Assembly: GCF_037042905.1 (NCBI RefSeq)
Contig: NC_087258.1
Span: 27,590,001-27,654,000, forward strand
Direction: 5' to 3'
Length of the DNA: 64,000 bases
Source of the DNA: Lytechinus pictus
Taxonomy: Eukaryota
Shown: positions 24,027 to 36,055 of the stretch, piece by piece
How positions within the stretch are numbered: the stretch's first letter is position 1
Layout: each line of letters opens with the position of its first letter
Notes under the pieces: model-generated
What the model saw: the letters and a program-made list of their open reading frames with translations, nothing else
Database searches by the model: none
Told to the model about the DNA's origin: nothing
Made by a program: the position numbers and the translations under genes

Positions 24027-25730
24027 ATGGCATCCAATCCAGAGAGCGATTTGCACAAACTTGAAGATCCTCCTACACAAAAGAAGATTGACCAGTGGAT
24101 CAAAGATGGTATTGATTTGGTGTTTCTAATTGGCAATGGGGAGATAAGAGATGCAGTTGGTGTGAGACAATATCTTGATTTGTCAAGCAATCCCATTGAC
24201 AAAAGGAATGATACAGGACAAACACCATTGATGGTTGCATGCAGAAATAGAAAGAAGGATGTTGTTACTCTTTTGTTGGACGCTGGGGCTGACCCTAACC
24301 TGACTTGCACTGTCAACGGTAGCACTGCACTTCATTATGCCTGTGAAGGGGAGGGAAGTGTAATGTTGCGATGTAGAGAGGAACCAAGTTACCCTCAAGA
24401 CGAGCTCCGTGTCATCATAGATATCGTGAAAGTACTTGCAAGTCATGGCGCTGTTCTGCAGGTAAATGACAAGGGATTGAGTCCAGTTTATATTGCAGCT
24501 TTGAATCGTTTCAAAGATGTAGTGGATTTCTTCACATCAAGCAATATGCTAACGGTGCCAATTAGTGTCAAGGTCAAAGCATATGAACTGTTGGGAGCTT
24601 CACAGGCAGTCTTTGATAAGCACCATACTATGGATGCCTGTAAATCATTTCATCTAGCAGCATCTTTTCATTCTTCTGAGGATAGCGATGTAACATCTTG
24701 CCATGTCACTTCTGATCTGGATGCCTGGTTTGTAAATTTGATGGACAAAAAGAATCCAAGTGACTCTGAAATGTCTAAGGTCAAAATGAAAGCCTTGTCT
24801 ATTGCTGTTAAAAGCTTACCTAACAAGGCTCTTGACAACTTCTGGAATGATTCAATCAGTCTTGCCGTAGATGATTTATTTAATGGTAAGGCTATTGAGA
24901 AAGGATATGAACTGTTTGCTGCACTCATAAAAGCTGAAATGAAGCATGAGAGTCTCTCTGGCTCTGTCATGGAGATACTGGATGAGAAGGGTACATCAAC
25001 GCTCTATCGGGATTCGCCAAAACTACACATGCCTTTTATTCCTAAACTGTTGGAGGGTTATGCTGATGCTTATAGAATCAGCAATACCCAGCCCCCGTAC
25101 AAGAGCATTGAACATATGGGGAATATGATATTCAACATTGCATATTACTTGTCTGAATCAAAATACCTAGTGGAATGCCTTCCGTTCATTGGCCACATTG
25201 TTAACATGAAGAGGAAAGATGTGAGTGGAAATGATGGGGATGAACGTAAATCAGTTTTGTATGTCTTCTTTGAACGGATGGCAGAGGATATGTGGGAGGA
25301 TGTGTACAGCTGGCAAAGCAAACAAACAAGAAATAGATTGAAGTTTACCATTTGTAGGCTCCTCCACTACAATGGTCTGGACAGAGACTTGGACAAATCC
25401 CTCTTGGAAACACTACTTGAGGTTGCTCCTGTGGCTCGTGATAGGGATTTTATTGTGTCAGTTGCTCAAGTATTAATACGGTATGGGTGCCCGACTGAGG
25501 ATGGTTGCCTTGTCCTTGGTGATATAGAGGATGATGACCAAGAGTTGTCAGAGTTATTTGAACCTACAAAACCAATCCCTCTAGAGGAACTAGCTGCCAG
25601 AGCAATACTCAACAATAGGATACCATACAGAGAGATGCTTCCTGATGTCTTGTGTGAAAAAATAGAGGGAGAAAAGCTGTTCCCTGATTCCTCTGATTTG
25701 GATTCATCAACTGAATCAGACAATGACTGA
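24027..25730 (+). CDS. FEM1-like: FEM-1-like protein, paralog 3 (short subfamily, degenerate C-terminal ANKs)
   Basis: 567 aa. GQTPLMVAC..GADPN..GSTALHYAC, GLSPVYIAAL, KAYELLGASQAVFDK (cf. FEM1 ALELLGAT..DK), PLEELAARAIL..IPY..LPDVLCEKI, acidic tail. Acceptor TTTCCTCAG ends at 23985. Confidence 0.88.
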   Translation: MASNPESDLHKLEDPPTQKKIDQWIKDGIDLVFLIGNGEIRDAVGVRQYLDLSSNPIDKRNDTGQTPLMVACRNRKKDVVTLLLDAGADPNLTCTVNGSTALHYACEGEGSVMLRCREEPSYPQDELRVIIDIVKVLASHGAVLQVNDKGLSPVYIAALNRFKDVVDFFTSSNMLTVPISVKVKAYELLGASQAVFDKHHTMDACKSFHLAASFHSSEDSDVTSCHVTSDLDAWFVNLMDKKNPSDSEMSKVKMKALSIAVKSLPNKALDNFWNDSISLAVDDLFNGKAIEKGYELFAALIKAEMKHESLSGSVMEILDEKGTSTLYRDSPKLHMPFIPKLLEGYADAYRISNTQPPYKSIEHMGNMIFNIAYYLSESKYLVECLPFIGHIVNMKRKDVSGNDGDERKSVLYVFFERMAEDMWEDVYSWQSKQTRNRLKFTICRLLHYNGLDRDLDKSLLETLLEVAPVARDRDFIVSVAQVLIRYGCPTEDGCLVLGDIEDDDQELSELFEPTKPIPLEELAARAILNNRIPYREMLPDVLCEKIEGEKLFPDSSDLDSSTESDND

Positions 25731-26991
25731 AACCATAAATTCCTGTTTCATTCTAGATATTAAGTTCTTAATGCATGGAGATGAAAATATGAACATTAAC
25801 AAAATGTCATAATGACAGTTTCTACTCATGCAGGGAATAATTTTCTTGTACTGCAGTGCAAGTTTTTATGTTTTTTGCCTTAAGTTTGTTGCCATTTTCC
25901 CCAAGGAACAAACTGCTTGTTTTGTAATGTGCAAATATCCTTTGTAGGGTGTACTATTAACAGATTTTAGTCATCGTAGAGACTTACTATTCAATGAAGG
26001 AGGAAATAAATACTGATCATTCATTTACCGGTACCTAAGATGATTTTAGTCTGAGCAATATCACTTTCAGGAACCCATTCACAGATGTACATGTATGTTG
26101 GATTGATGATTGTATTAGAAATCAGAATTGCTTTGAATTCTTAGGTGATTTAAACCCCTTCTATCTCGTCACATCTTGCCCCTCAATGACCTTGGATATT
26201 TTACTTGCCCTTTTAATTACCCATCTGATCCTTCTGTTCGAAAATTAAATTTACCCCTTTGAAAAGTGGCCTCGTCGAAAATATGTTGATATTTAAGGCC
26301 TGTTCCTTGTTCTATTCCAATTGAAAAAAAAGCTACATACATGTAGTACTACAATGTAAGTTTTACATGTATGTACATTCATTGCTTGACAGCTGAGTAT
26401 TGTTCTTTATGAAAACTCCCAAAAAATTTGTGGCCATGGATTATTACACAGAATAATTTTCCTTATATCACATTGCAATTTGCTCCACATTTTTTTATGC
26501 TGCTACAGTATACAATACAGTACGTCTTTACATGTACAACATAGAAGAATCAGGATGATACAAAATATAATTTCAATTTTTTACAACAAAAGTGCACCAA
26601 ACATTTGCAAGAGGGTTCCCCTGCTTCGTAAATAGTCTATTATTGTAGATTATAGTCACTTTTCATCACTCTTTAAGAAATGTAAAAAAAACTATAACGA
26701 ATGACAAGTGACTTCTACAAACTTATTTGCAAATCTTCTAAACTGTTAAGCACCCTATTGGCGAATGTTGGAGTTTTCCATTTTTAACATTCATATCCTT
26801 GCAAACCTTTACAAAAGCACCTTAAGCCACATATTAAACCAGTGTTATCTCAGATATACCATTGGGGCTCAATAGGTTAAGAAATTCAGAAAGTCTAGGT
26901 GACTTATCTTTAATTTTTCTAATTTTCAAGAATATTCATTAACCAGTGATATGATCTTGGGCTTGGGGCATTATTTTGTAAATATGACCGG

Positions 26992-27250
26992 CAATAGCGT
27001 ACTCAGGATTTTTGAAAAGGGGGGGGGTTTAAGCTAAATGAAATGTTTACAACCCATAAATAAATTTTAAAAAAGGTCTTCACCACATATTTTAGGTCAT
27101 TTTGTACCCAATACAAATTTGACAACCAAAAAAAAATATATATCTTTAACATTTTTTAAAGAGTGTTTGAATTCTTAGGGGGGGGTTGGGTATTAAAAAA
27201 TTAGGGGGGGTTGAACACCTGTAACTCCCCCCCCCCTGCGTACGCCACTG
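26992..27250. mobile_element. hAT-type MITE with 8-bp TSD
   Basis: TIR CAATAGCGTAC / GTACGCCACTG; TSD ATGACCGG at 26984-26991 and 27251-27258. Confidence 0.85.
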
Positions 27251-27470
27251 ATGACCGGAATGAACATGATTCATATTGAGGAAGTGTTCTTTCCCAAATT
27301 GTGTTATGTTTTTCATTGGCAACAAGTTTCCTCTTTCAGGTCATGTGCGTTAGAATTTTACTGAAAAGCACTTAAAAAATGTAGAAAACTTATTACAATA
27401 TCGTTTAGTAATTATTGTTTCCTTTTGTAGATTCTTGAGGCATTGGTCCGAGATCCATACTGATATCCTG

Positions 27471-29210
27471 ATGGCATCAGAATCAGAAAACGATTGTCAA
27501 GAAGTTGGGGATCCTCCTTGCCAGAAGGAGAAGATTGATCAGTGGGTCAAAGATGGTGTTGATTTGGTCTCTCTGATGCATGAAGGCAAGGTGAGCAATG
27601 CGGATGATGTGAGACAATACCTCGCCCTTTCAAATAATCCCGCTTGTGTGGATAAACCAAATGGAGTAGGACAAACACCTTTGATGATTGCCTGCAGAAA
27701 TAGACAGAAAGACATTGTTAATCTCTTGTTGGAAGCTGGAGCTGACCCTAACCTGACTTGCACTTATTATGGTTGCACTGCACTTCATTATGCCTGCGAA
27801 GGGGAGAAAAATCTAATAAAACGGTGTAGAGAGGAACCAAACTACCCTCAATACGAGCTCAGTGATATCATAGAGATTGTGGAAGCACTTGGCAATCAGG
27901 GCGCCATTCTGAAGATGAATGATAAGGGGTTGAGTCCAGTTTGTGTTGCAGCTTTGAACAGTTTCAAAGATGTAGTGGATTACTTTGCTTCCAGCTCTGT
28001 TATTTCAATGCCTGTTGATGTCAAGGTTAAAGCTTTTGAACTGTTGGGAGTTTCGCAAGCAGTCTTTGATAAGCACCATACTATGGATGCCTGTAAATCA
28101 TTTCATCTAGCAGCATCTTTTCATTCTTCTGAGGATAGCAATGTAACACCTTGCCATGTCACTCCTGATCTTGATGCCTGGTTTGTAAATTTGATGGACA
28201 AAGAGAATCCAAGTGACGATGATATGTTTGTGGTCAAAGCAAAAGCTATAGTCATTGGTTTGCATTGTCTTTCTAATGAAACCAGAAATGAACATGACTT
28301 CTACGACACCTTGGCCGAATATGGTCAGCTAGCATTGTTTGAAGGCAAAGCTTCACAAGAAGGATACGAGATGCTTCGAGACCATATCCACGGAGAGATG
28401 ACGGATGAATACACAACAATAGGGACAGTGATGGAGATGATCAGGGATGCATTAGAACCTGCACTATGTACTCGAAGTGGTGAATCTTCAATGTTAAAAT
28501 ATATTATCAAACTGTTGGATACCTATGCTGAAGAAGTGGATGCAGATAGCAGTGCGCAGCTAGATGTGTGGGAAGTAGTTGAGGTTCTTGGAAATGTGAT
28601 GTTTGGGTTTACATATTATCACTCACAGACAAAATACCTAGAGTCCAGTTTTCCATCTGTGGTGCGTGTTTTCAACTGTCTCAAAAAAATTGCTACAGTT
28701 TATCATGCAGGGATGGAGAAGTCAATTCTGTCAGTCTTTATGGATAAGTTGGCTCAAACCATGTGGGAAGATATGTACTGTGGCCAGAGCAACGAGACAA
28801 AGAAACGCTTGAAGTATACTATCTGTCGGCTCCTCCACTACATTGGCTTTGATCCAGATACAGATTCATTCTTGCTCGACACCTTCCTTCAAGTTTTCCG
28901 TGTTGCTTATGATACAGAGTGGATACTCTCCATTGCTCACGTGTTGATCCGCTATGGTTGTGACACTTCATGTGTTACGCTTGTGGATGTGGATGAAGAT
29001 GATGAAGATATGCCAGTACTGCAGGAACTCTTGAGTCCATCTACTAGTCCTCCCACACTTGAGGAGCTTTCTGCTCGGGCATTACTCTGCTATGGGATAC
29101 CATACAGAGAGAGACTTCCTGATATCCTGTGTGAGAAAATAGAAGGAGAAAAGCTGCATCCAGATCGTTCTGAATTGTACTCTTCACCAGAAAATTCTGA
29201 TTCAGATTAG
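27471..29210 (+). CDS. FEM1-like: FEM-1-like protein, paralog 4
   Basis: The ORF track starts at TTG 27435; the homologous ATG (MAS) is at 27471, after acceptor CCTTTTGTAG|ATTCTTGAGG (AG 27429-27430). Same ANK/TPR-like motifs; TLEELSARALL..IPY..LPDILCEKI. Confidence 0.88.
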   Translation: MASESENDCQEVGDPPCQKEKIDQWVKDGVDLVSLMHEGKVSNADDVRQYLALSNNPACVDKPNGVGQTPLMIACRNRQKDIVNLLLEAGADPNLTCTYYGCTALHYACEGEKNLIKRCREEPNYPQYELSDIIEIVEALGNQGAILKMNDKGLSPVCVAALNSFKDVVDYFASSSVISMPVDVKVKAFELLGVSQAVFDKHHTMDACKSFHLAASFHSSEDSNVTPCHVTPDLDAWFVNLMDKENPSDDDMFVVKAKAIVIGLHCLSNETRNEHDFYDTLAEYGQLALFEGKASQEGYEMLRDHIHGEMTDEYTTIGTVMEMIRDALEPALCTRSGESSMLKYIIKLLDTYAEEVDADSSAQLDVWEVVEVLGNVMFGFTYYHSQTKYLESSFPSVVRVFNCLKKIATVYHAGMEKSILSVFMDKLAQTMWEDMYCGQSNETKKRLKYTICRLLHYIGFDPDTDSFLLDTFLQVFRVAYDTEWILSIAHVLIRYGCDTSCVTLVDVDEDDEDMPVLQELLSPSTSPPTLEELSARALLCYGIPYRERLPDILCEKIEGEKLHPDRSELYSSPENSDSD

Positions 29211-29789
29211 AATAGGATTCATGTCAAGTTGATTTGATAGGAAAGTTCTACTTAGCCAAGTGCTTATTTGTTACCACAAATTTCAAGATAACTTGACTAC
29301 TCACTATAGTGTGTGGCTGGCACAAGTTTTGTTGAACCATACAAAAGATGGGTTAAATGTTTGTAAATAATTTCATTTTTTTAGTTTGTACATACATGTA
29401 CTATACAATATAGCACACTTTACTGCAGGTGCTTCAGGTCTGTTGTTTGGTATGCAGAATATTGATTCATAGATGTTGTATCAACTTGTTTATATTTTTT
29501 GTTCGAAATTCTGTGTAATTTTTATAGTGAATGATTCCAGCTGATGGGTACATGTAGTTCTTATGAGTGAACGGATCAAACTTTAGAATCTACATGTATT
29601 TCTGGAGATAATGTACATATAGCAGTGAAAGAAAGAGTAAGAGACAAACATATTACATTTTCTTGGGAGGTCTTTATGTCACATTTTAATCAAGCATCCA
29701 AGCCCTCGTTTTGGTTGGCTGGTCACTTCTTATTACTACAGCATTTTACCTTTTTAGATTGCTCATTTTGATCTTTGTTTTGAATAATG

Positions 29790-29930
29790 TTCACTGAGGG
29801 AGAACTAAAACACTTAAGGCACACATGGAGAACTATACAGATCTTGGCCCAGGACCGACAGAAATGGAGGACATTCGTTGCTGCCCTACACTTCAATGGA
29901 GGCATAACAGGCAGTCAATCAATCAATCAC
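29790..29930 (+). mobile_element. RTE-clade LINE 3' remnant
   Basis: Translates LRHTWRTIQILAQDRQKWRTFVAAL, typical of the RTE ORF C-terminus, followed by a (TCAA)n tail. Confidence 0.65.
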
Positions 29931-29984
29931 TGAGAATTATTGTTCACTTCTGTTTGAACAGTTGAATCTTTCCCTTTGGATAGA

Positions 29985-30400
29985 TTTTTTTATACGTTCG
30001 TCTGTCTGTCTGTCCGTCCGTTAACTTTTTTTGTAAACACAGTAACTTCAGTTTGACTCAACCTAGGCTCATATAACTTGATGCGTATGATACTAGCATG
30101 GATCCCAGGAAGCCTACTGATTTTGAGTTCAAAAGGCTGAAGTTCAAGGTCACACTGACATGTTTTCATCTTACCCTTCTGCAGTCCTTGTAAACGCGAT
30201 AACGTCAGTTTAAATTAACCTAGGCTCATATAATTTGGTGTGTATTATACTAGCATGGATCCCAGGAAGCCTATCGATTTTGAAGTCAGAAGGTCAAAGG
30301 TCAAGTCGCCACCTTCCACTTTTCTTGCTTGACCAATTTCTCCATTTTCCGCGTCACAGGTGGGTGTATTATGTGCCCACCTTTTCGCTACATTCTTGTT
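29985..30400. repeat. Helentron/HINE-like repeat with (GTCT/GTCC)n
   Basis: CGTCTGTCTGTCTGTCCGTCCG; TACTAGCATGGATCCCAGGAAGCCTA twice; inverted copy at ~36370-36720. Confidence 0.6.
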
Positions 30401-30410
30401 TTAAATTCTC

Positions 30411-30709
30411 TGGCCCATATTCTGAACTCTGGTTTAAATTAAACCCTGGATAAATGTTATGGTTTAACTATTGAGAGCCAATTTGGGCACAAATCCCTAA
30501 CAGTACACATCTATCTTTTAACTCATATTATGACACCCAAATTGTCTGGGAATGATAAGTGAAGTGTTCTGAAGTATTTTCTTTAATATGAAAGCAAAAT
30601 GAAAAAAATAAATCATATTAAAGAAATATACAATATGAACTAAATTTTTGAATTTTTAGCACAGAGTTAGACCGTGGTCTAACTTAAACCTGACTTCAGA
30701 ATACAGGCC
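30411..30709. mobile_element. MITE
   Basis: GGCCCATATTCTGAA / TTCAGAATACAGGCC TIR; partial relative ending at ~3958. Confidence 0.6.
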
Positions 30710-30720
30710 TCTATCTTTAA

Positions 30721-31300
30721 AGGTCAAGTCCAGCTCAGAAAAATTTTGATTTGAATCAATAGAGAAAAATCAGACAAGCATAATGCTGTAAATTTCATCA
30801 AAATCGGATGTGAAATAAGAAAGTGATGATATTTTAAAGTTTCGCTTTATATTTTCACAAAATGCACAATTTATTCATAGGCAAATTATAGAGTCGATGA
30901 TGTCCCTCACTATTTCTTTGTTTTTTATTGTTTGAATTATACCATATTTGATATTTTACAGATTTGACAATAAGGGCCAACTCGACTGAACCATATGGTA
31001 ATAAACAATGCTAATTCCACATGTTCAGGGAGGAATTATTTGTTTCACTTGACAATGAGGAGTAAATTAGAATTATCATGGAATAAAATACAAAAGAAAT
31101 AGTGAATGGATGATGTCATCAGTCTCCTCATGTGCATATCAACCAGGATGTGGATATAACTGCTTTGTGAAATTAAGCGAAACTTTAAATGTCATAGCTT
31201 TCTTATTTTACATCCCATTTTGGTAAAATTTTCAATGTTATGCTTGTTGGATTTTCATCGTTTTATTCAAATCAACTTTTTCTTGGGGTGGACTTGACCT
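30721..31300. mobile_element. TTAA-flanked non-autonomous DNA transposon (Kolobok/piggyBac-type target)
   Basis: TTAA|AGGTCAAGTCCA ... TGGACTTGACCT|TTAA; second copy at 44648-45245. Confidence 0.85.
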
Positions 31301-32230
31301 TTAATTTAGGTGAATTCCCAATAGTGCATGTCAGTATTTCAATTCATTTCTGCATGTAGAATGGTTTATAAAGTGAAGAATATAACAAAATGTGCTCTAT
31401 TGGTTTGATTAACAGATTTAACCTCAAAATTTATTTCATCAGGTGTCTTACCAAAATGAAATACCTTCATATTTCAATTTTGTTAACCAGCATATTATAA
31501 AACCTCTTTTCAAGAATGGAATGAACCTATAATTTCAGGAAATACTCATATATCCAATGCTAAATACATAAAGTACATGTGCGCAAAGGGCTATTCTGTC
31601 TCACCTGCATAGCAGAGCGAGACTATATGTGCCATGTTGTGGGTAATTGTTGCCATCTCATAACTTTGAAGTTTATGGATATAGTTAATGAAATGTGGAC
31701 ATATGGCTAAGCCAGTATCATTGCTCAGTACTGTAGGTCACTTGATCAAGGGACAATGAAAGTAGTATATTAGTATATGAATAGTGTTTTTTTAATGATT
31801 GTGTCATAGTCAATATCAAAGTCAGCACTGATGCTACATGTACATTGAATTGCGTAATGCAGGCGAGACTGTCAGAGGCGCTCCACTTGTTTATTTACTG
31901 AGAGTGAGTGCTAGATTTTGAATTTGAACAGCTGAAAATAATTCTATGGCAGCATCCACACTTTTTATTATTGAAATTTCAGTTGATAATTTCATATAAT
32001 TCACATTACTGACCCTGTATCAAAGCTTTAGATACACTTTTAAACTTCCCTCAAATTGAGAGCTTTGAATGTTCTTGGCAAATAGAGTCAATAGGAATAT
32101 CTTTGTCTTTCCTCTGTCTTGTAGTCAAACTCTATCTTTTGAGCAATATAGTAGGAGAATTAAAACCTGGGATATTCATATTCATTTCCTCCTCAGATTC
32201 TTGAGGCCTTTGTCTGATATCGTCATCCTG

Positions 32231-33952
32231 ATGGCATCGGTCATAGAAAGTGGTTGCGCAGAAGATGGAAATTGTCGTATTGATGAGTGGATCAAAGATG
32301 GTGTTGACTTAGTACATCTCATTGAGCACAGACAGTGTAATGTGGATGGTGTGAGACGGTACCTTGATTCTTCAGGTGATCCTTCTTGTGTTAACAGATG
32401 TAATCACTTGGGACAAACACCCCTGATGGTCGCCTGCAAATATAGACAGAAAGACATTGTTAATCTCTTGTTGGAAGCTGGAGCTGACCCTAACCTGACT
32501 TGCACTGTCAGTGGTAGCACTGCTCTTCATTATGCCTGTCAAGGGGAAGAAAATCTCATTCAAAAGTGTAGAGAGGAACCAAACTTCCCTCAATTTGCCC
32601 TTGAAGACGTCGTAGAGATTGTGACAGAACTTTGCAATCAGGGCGCAGTTCTGAAGATGAATGATGAGGGATTGAGTCCAGTTTGTGTTGCAGCTTTGAA
32701 CAGTTTCAAAGATGTAGTGGATTACTTTGTTTCCAGCTCTGTTGTTTCAACGCCTGTTGATGTCAAGGTCAAAGCATATGAACTTTTGGGAGTTTCGCAG
32801 GCAGTCTTTGATAAGCACCATACTATGGATGCCTGTAAATCATTTCATCTAGCTGCATCTTTTCATTCTTCTGAGAATAGCGATGTAACACCTTGCCATG
32901 TCACCTCTGATCTTGATGCCTGGTTTGTAAATTTGATGGACAAAGAGAATCCAAGTGACTCTGAAAGGTTTGAGGTCAAGGCAAAAGCTTTCATCTTTGG
33001 TATGCAGTCTTTGCCACATAAAACCAGGGATAGACATGATTTCTACAGAGAAATGAGTGAATGTGCCCGAAGCGCTTTGTTTAAGGGCAAAGCTCCACAG
33101 GATGGATACGAAATGCTTTTAAACCTTATTCATAGGGAGATGTCAGATGATTACCCTCTGGGATCTGTAATGGACATGATACAACATGCACTAGCACCCA
33201 GGCTGCGTCCTCTGCCACGCATATTTAAATATGTCAACAAACTGTTGGATGCGTACGCTAATGCATTTACAGCAGATACTTGTAGCACCCAGTTGAAAAT
33301 AAGGAAATGGGATATTGTTCAGAGCCTGGGTGAACTGATGTTCAATTATTCATATTATTACTCATCAAAATATCTTGAATCAAGCTTCCCGGCTGTGGCC
33401 ACTATCGTCAACTGCATCAAGCAGATATCTGCAGAGGACCTTGTGGGAGATGGCGGAAAGGTGTCAATCCTTGAAAGTTTTATTAATAAGTTGGCTGAAG
33501 CCATGTGGGAAGATATATACTGTGGTCAAAGCAAAGAAACCAGAAATAGGTTGAAGTTTACAATCTGCAGACTCCTCCATTTCACTGGTTTTGATCCAGA
33601 TATAGATCCATCTTTACTTGACACCTTTCTCCAAGTTGTTCGTGTTGCCTATGACACGGAGTGGATACTTGCTGTATCTTGCGTATTGATCCGTTATGGT
33701 TGTTCAACTGGAGTTGTTACCCTTGATGAGGGTATAGATGAGGATGATCCTGAAGTACAGGTACTTCTTTCACTCTTAAGCCCACCCACAACTCCTGTTC
33801 CTCTTGAGGAACTGGCTTCTCGGTTAATTCTCCGAACAAGGATACCTTACAGAGAGAGGCTTCCTGATGTCCTGTGTGAGAAAATAGAGGGTGAAAAGCT
33901 AACCCCCGATCCTTCTCAAATGTATTCATCACCAGAATTTGATGCAGATTAA
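32231..33952 (+). CDS. FEM1-like: FEM-1-like protein, paralog 5
   Basis: The ORF-track start at 32069 lies upstream of acceptor CCTCCTCAG|ATTCTTGAGG (AG 32195-32196); homologous MAS start at 32231. PLEELASRLIL..IPY..LPDVLCEKI. Confidence 0.88.
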   Translation: MASVIESGCAEDGNCRIDEWIKDGVDLVHLIEHRQCNVDGVRRYLDSSGDPSCVNRCNHLGQTPLMVACKYRQKDIVNLLLEAGADPNLTCTVSGSTALHYACQGEENLIQKCREEPNFPQFALEDVVEIVTELCNQGAVLKMNDEGLSPVCVAALNSFKDVVDYFVSSSVVSTPVDVKVKAYELLGVSQAVFDKHHTMDACKSFHLAASFHSSENSDVTPCHVTSDLDAWFVNLMDKENPSDSERFEVKAKAFIFGMQSLPHKTRDRHDFYREMSECARSALFKGKAPQDGYEMLLNLIHREMSDDYPLGSVMDMIQHALAPRLRPLPRIFKYVNKLLDAYANAFTADTCSTQLKIRKWDIVQSLGELMFNYSYYYSSKYLESSFPAVATIVNCIKQISAEDLVGDGGKVSILESFINKLAEAMWEDIYCGQSKETRNRLKFTICRLLHFTGFDPDIDPSLLDTFLQVVRVAYDTEWILAVSCVLIRYGCSTGVVTLDEGIDEDDPEVQVLLSLLSPPTTPVPLEELASRLILRTRIPYRERLPDVLCEKIEGEKLTPDPSQMYSSPEFDAD

Positions 33953-35390
33953 ATCCTGAGAAATTTATTTTACTTATTCTTAATGGACATCTCTATGGGT
34001 TATTAATTGCAGAAAAAAATATGTCTCCTGCCTTCTTTTTCCTCAAAATTTTCATTGCGATGATAAAGTGAGATTAGTTGAATTAGAATGAGGTTCTAAA
34101 CTTAGGACACATCAATCTTTTGTATTTAGTCCATATCAAGTTATTTCTACATTATAGACCAAGTACTGTTCCGTCACTTAAGCTGGCACACTACCCTCCG
34201 AGTATTATGTCCTTTATTTAATATCTATTGAAAAATTACCTTTTGTACTTTGTAGTTACATGTATAAAACAGAAGAATATGTAAATATTCATTTCAAACA
34301 AACTACATTCTCCCAGGCAAGGTCTTCTGTAATTAATGACTTTCAATGTTATGTCTGTTTGATTTAAAAACATCGGTATTGGAATTGGAAATAAGCTTGT
34401 CTGAAATAACATGGGTTATTTGTGGGGAGGGGGGGGGGGATTTATTATATTTTAGGAGCAAGTAGTACATGTTCACATGTTTCTGCTGATCAAAAATGTT
34501 CCGATTTTGAAGGATATTTTGAAATATGACAGAGCAGCAGTTTCCTGAAATTATGAGGATTCAAATAGATGCAGAGCTGCCAACGAGTATGTTTTTGCAA
34601 CCAAAATGCAACAGTACATTTTTCTTTTAAAAATATGACTTTGTATAAAAAATAAGAATAAAATTGATTAAATATTTTTATTTTTTTTACAAAATCGTAA
34701 TTTATTGAGAAAAATCATCTCTGTATGTCTCTATTTCATAAAAATTACAGAAGTATGGTTATTGGATCCATGTAATTTCAGGTAACTTTTTTTTCATTTT
34801 GTTAAAACCAGGATTAGATATACACATGTTGCAATGTTGTTTTTTATCCATCTGAAAAGAGCAGTGCGCATTTTAGCTTGCATGCAGCTTGAGCACCGCG
34901 ATAAGTGTGCATGCCACGCATTTTATTATGACATACATGTACAGTTTTTTAGGGAAAAATACAGGGTTTTTTCATCACAGAATACAATTCTTCATTCCAG
35001 AGGTTGGCAGGTCTGTTAACAATGGTCTTTTATAGTAGTTGTCCTCCCCTCCATATTGGTTGTAGCATGGATGTAGTTTATTGTTACACCATGCTGTAAA
35101 TCATGTATTTAAAAGTGGAGAGGTATTGAAACAAGCACACACTTACATGTATGTGGGTGAAATGAAGCACTGCTCTCAAGGGGTAAGTAAAACAAGGATC
35201 TTGAAATACATTCAGATACATGTACCAATGTTATTTGAAAGATGGTTACATGGTTTGGTCCAGGATACACAAATATTTTCTGTGTAATTGTATACAGTTT
35301 TCAGACATTTGGGAGTGTATGAAAATCTTAGAGCTCAGTTTTTGTCTTTCACCGCTTCGGATTCATGTAGATTTTGATCAATACTTTTGA

Positions 35391-35677
35391 TGTGGAGCGT
35401 TGTGGCCCAGTGGATTAGTCTTCTGACTTTGAAACAGAGGGTCGTGGGTTCGAATCCCAGCCATGGCATAATTTCTTTCAGCAAGAAACTGATCCAAAGT
35501 GTGCTGCACTCAACCCAGGTGAGGTAAATGGGTACCGGTAGGAAGTAATTCCTTACAAAGCTGTGTGCACTATGAACGCCTAGCTTACAGTAGCCGGGTA
35601 ATAAAGGAGCGCCTTGAGCACCTAACAAGGTGGATGTGCACAATATAAAACCCCTATATTATTATTATTATTATTAC
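35391..35677 (+). mobile_element. tRNA-derived SINE
   Basis: A-box TGGCCCAGTGG, B-box GGTTCGAATCC, central CTCAACCCAGGTGAGGTAAATGGGTACC, LINE-like 3' end GAGCGCCTTGAGCACC and (TAT)n tail. Confidence 0.85.
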
Positions 35678-35689
35678 TGTTTTGCCCTG

Positions 35690-36055
35690 ATGACATCTGC
35701 AAGTGACCATCCAGAACTCAGGGATCCTTCTTGTCATAAGAAGATTGATCAGTGGATCAAAGATGGTATTGATTTGGTGTGTCCAATTGACAATGGGGAG
35801 AGATGCACATGGTGTGAGACAATATCTTGCTTTGTCAAGCAATCCCATTGACAAAAGGAATGAGACAGGACAAACACCATTGATGATTGCATGCAGAAAT
35901 AGAAAGACATTGTTAATATCTTGTTGGAAGGCGGAGGTAACCCTAATCTGACTTGCACTGTCAATGGTAGCACTGCCCCCATTATGCCTGCGAAGGGGAG
36001 GAAAGTTTTACATGTTGAAATAATCCAAACCATCCAACGCAGGAGCTTCAAACAC
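35690..36055 (+). pseudogene. Truncated, frameshifted FEM-1-like pseudogene (5' fragment)
   Basis: MTSASDHPELRDPSCHKKIDQWIKDGIDLV, VRQYLALSSNPIDKRNETGQTPLMIACRNR and PNLTCTVNGSTA lie in different frames; homology ends at ~36055. Confidence 0.85.

Noticed and set aside
32069-32230. N-terminal extensions in the ORF track for paralogs 4, 5 and 6
   Set aside because: They start at TTG or run through the polypyrimidine tract/acceptor; the homologous MAS starts lie downstream.
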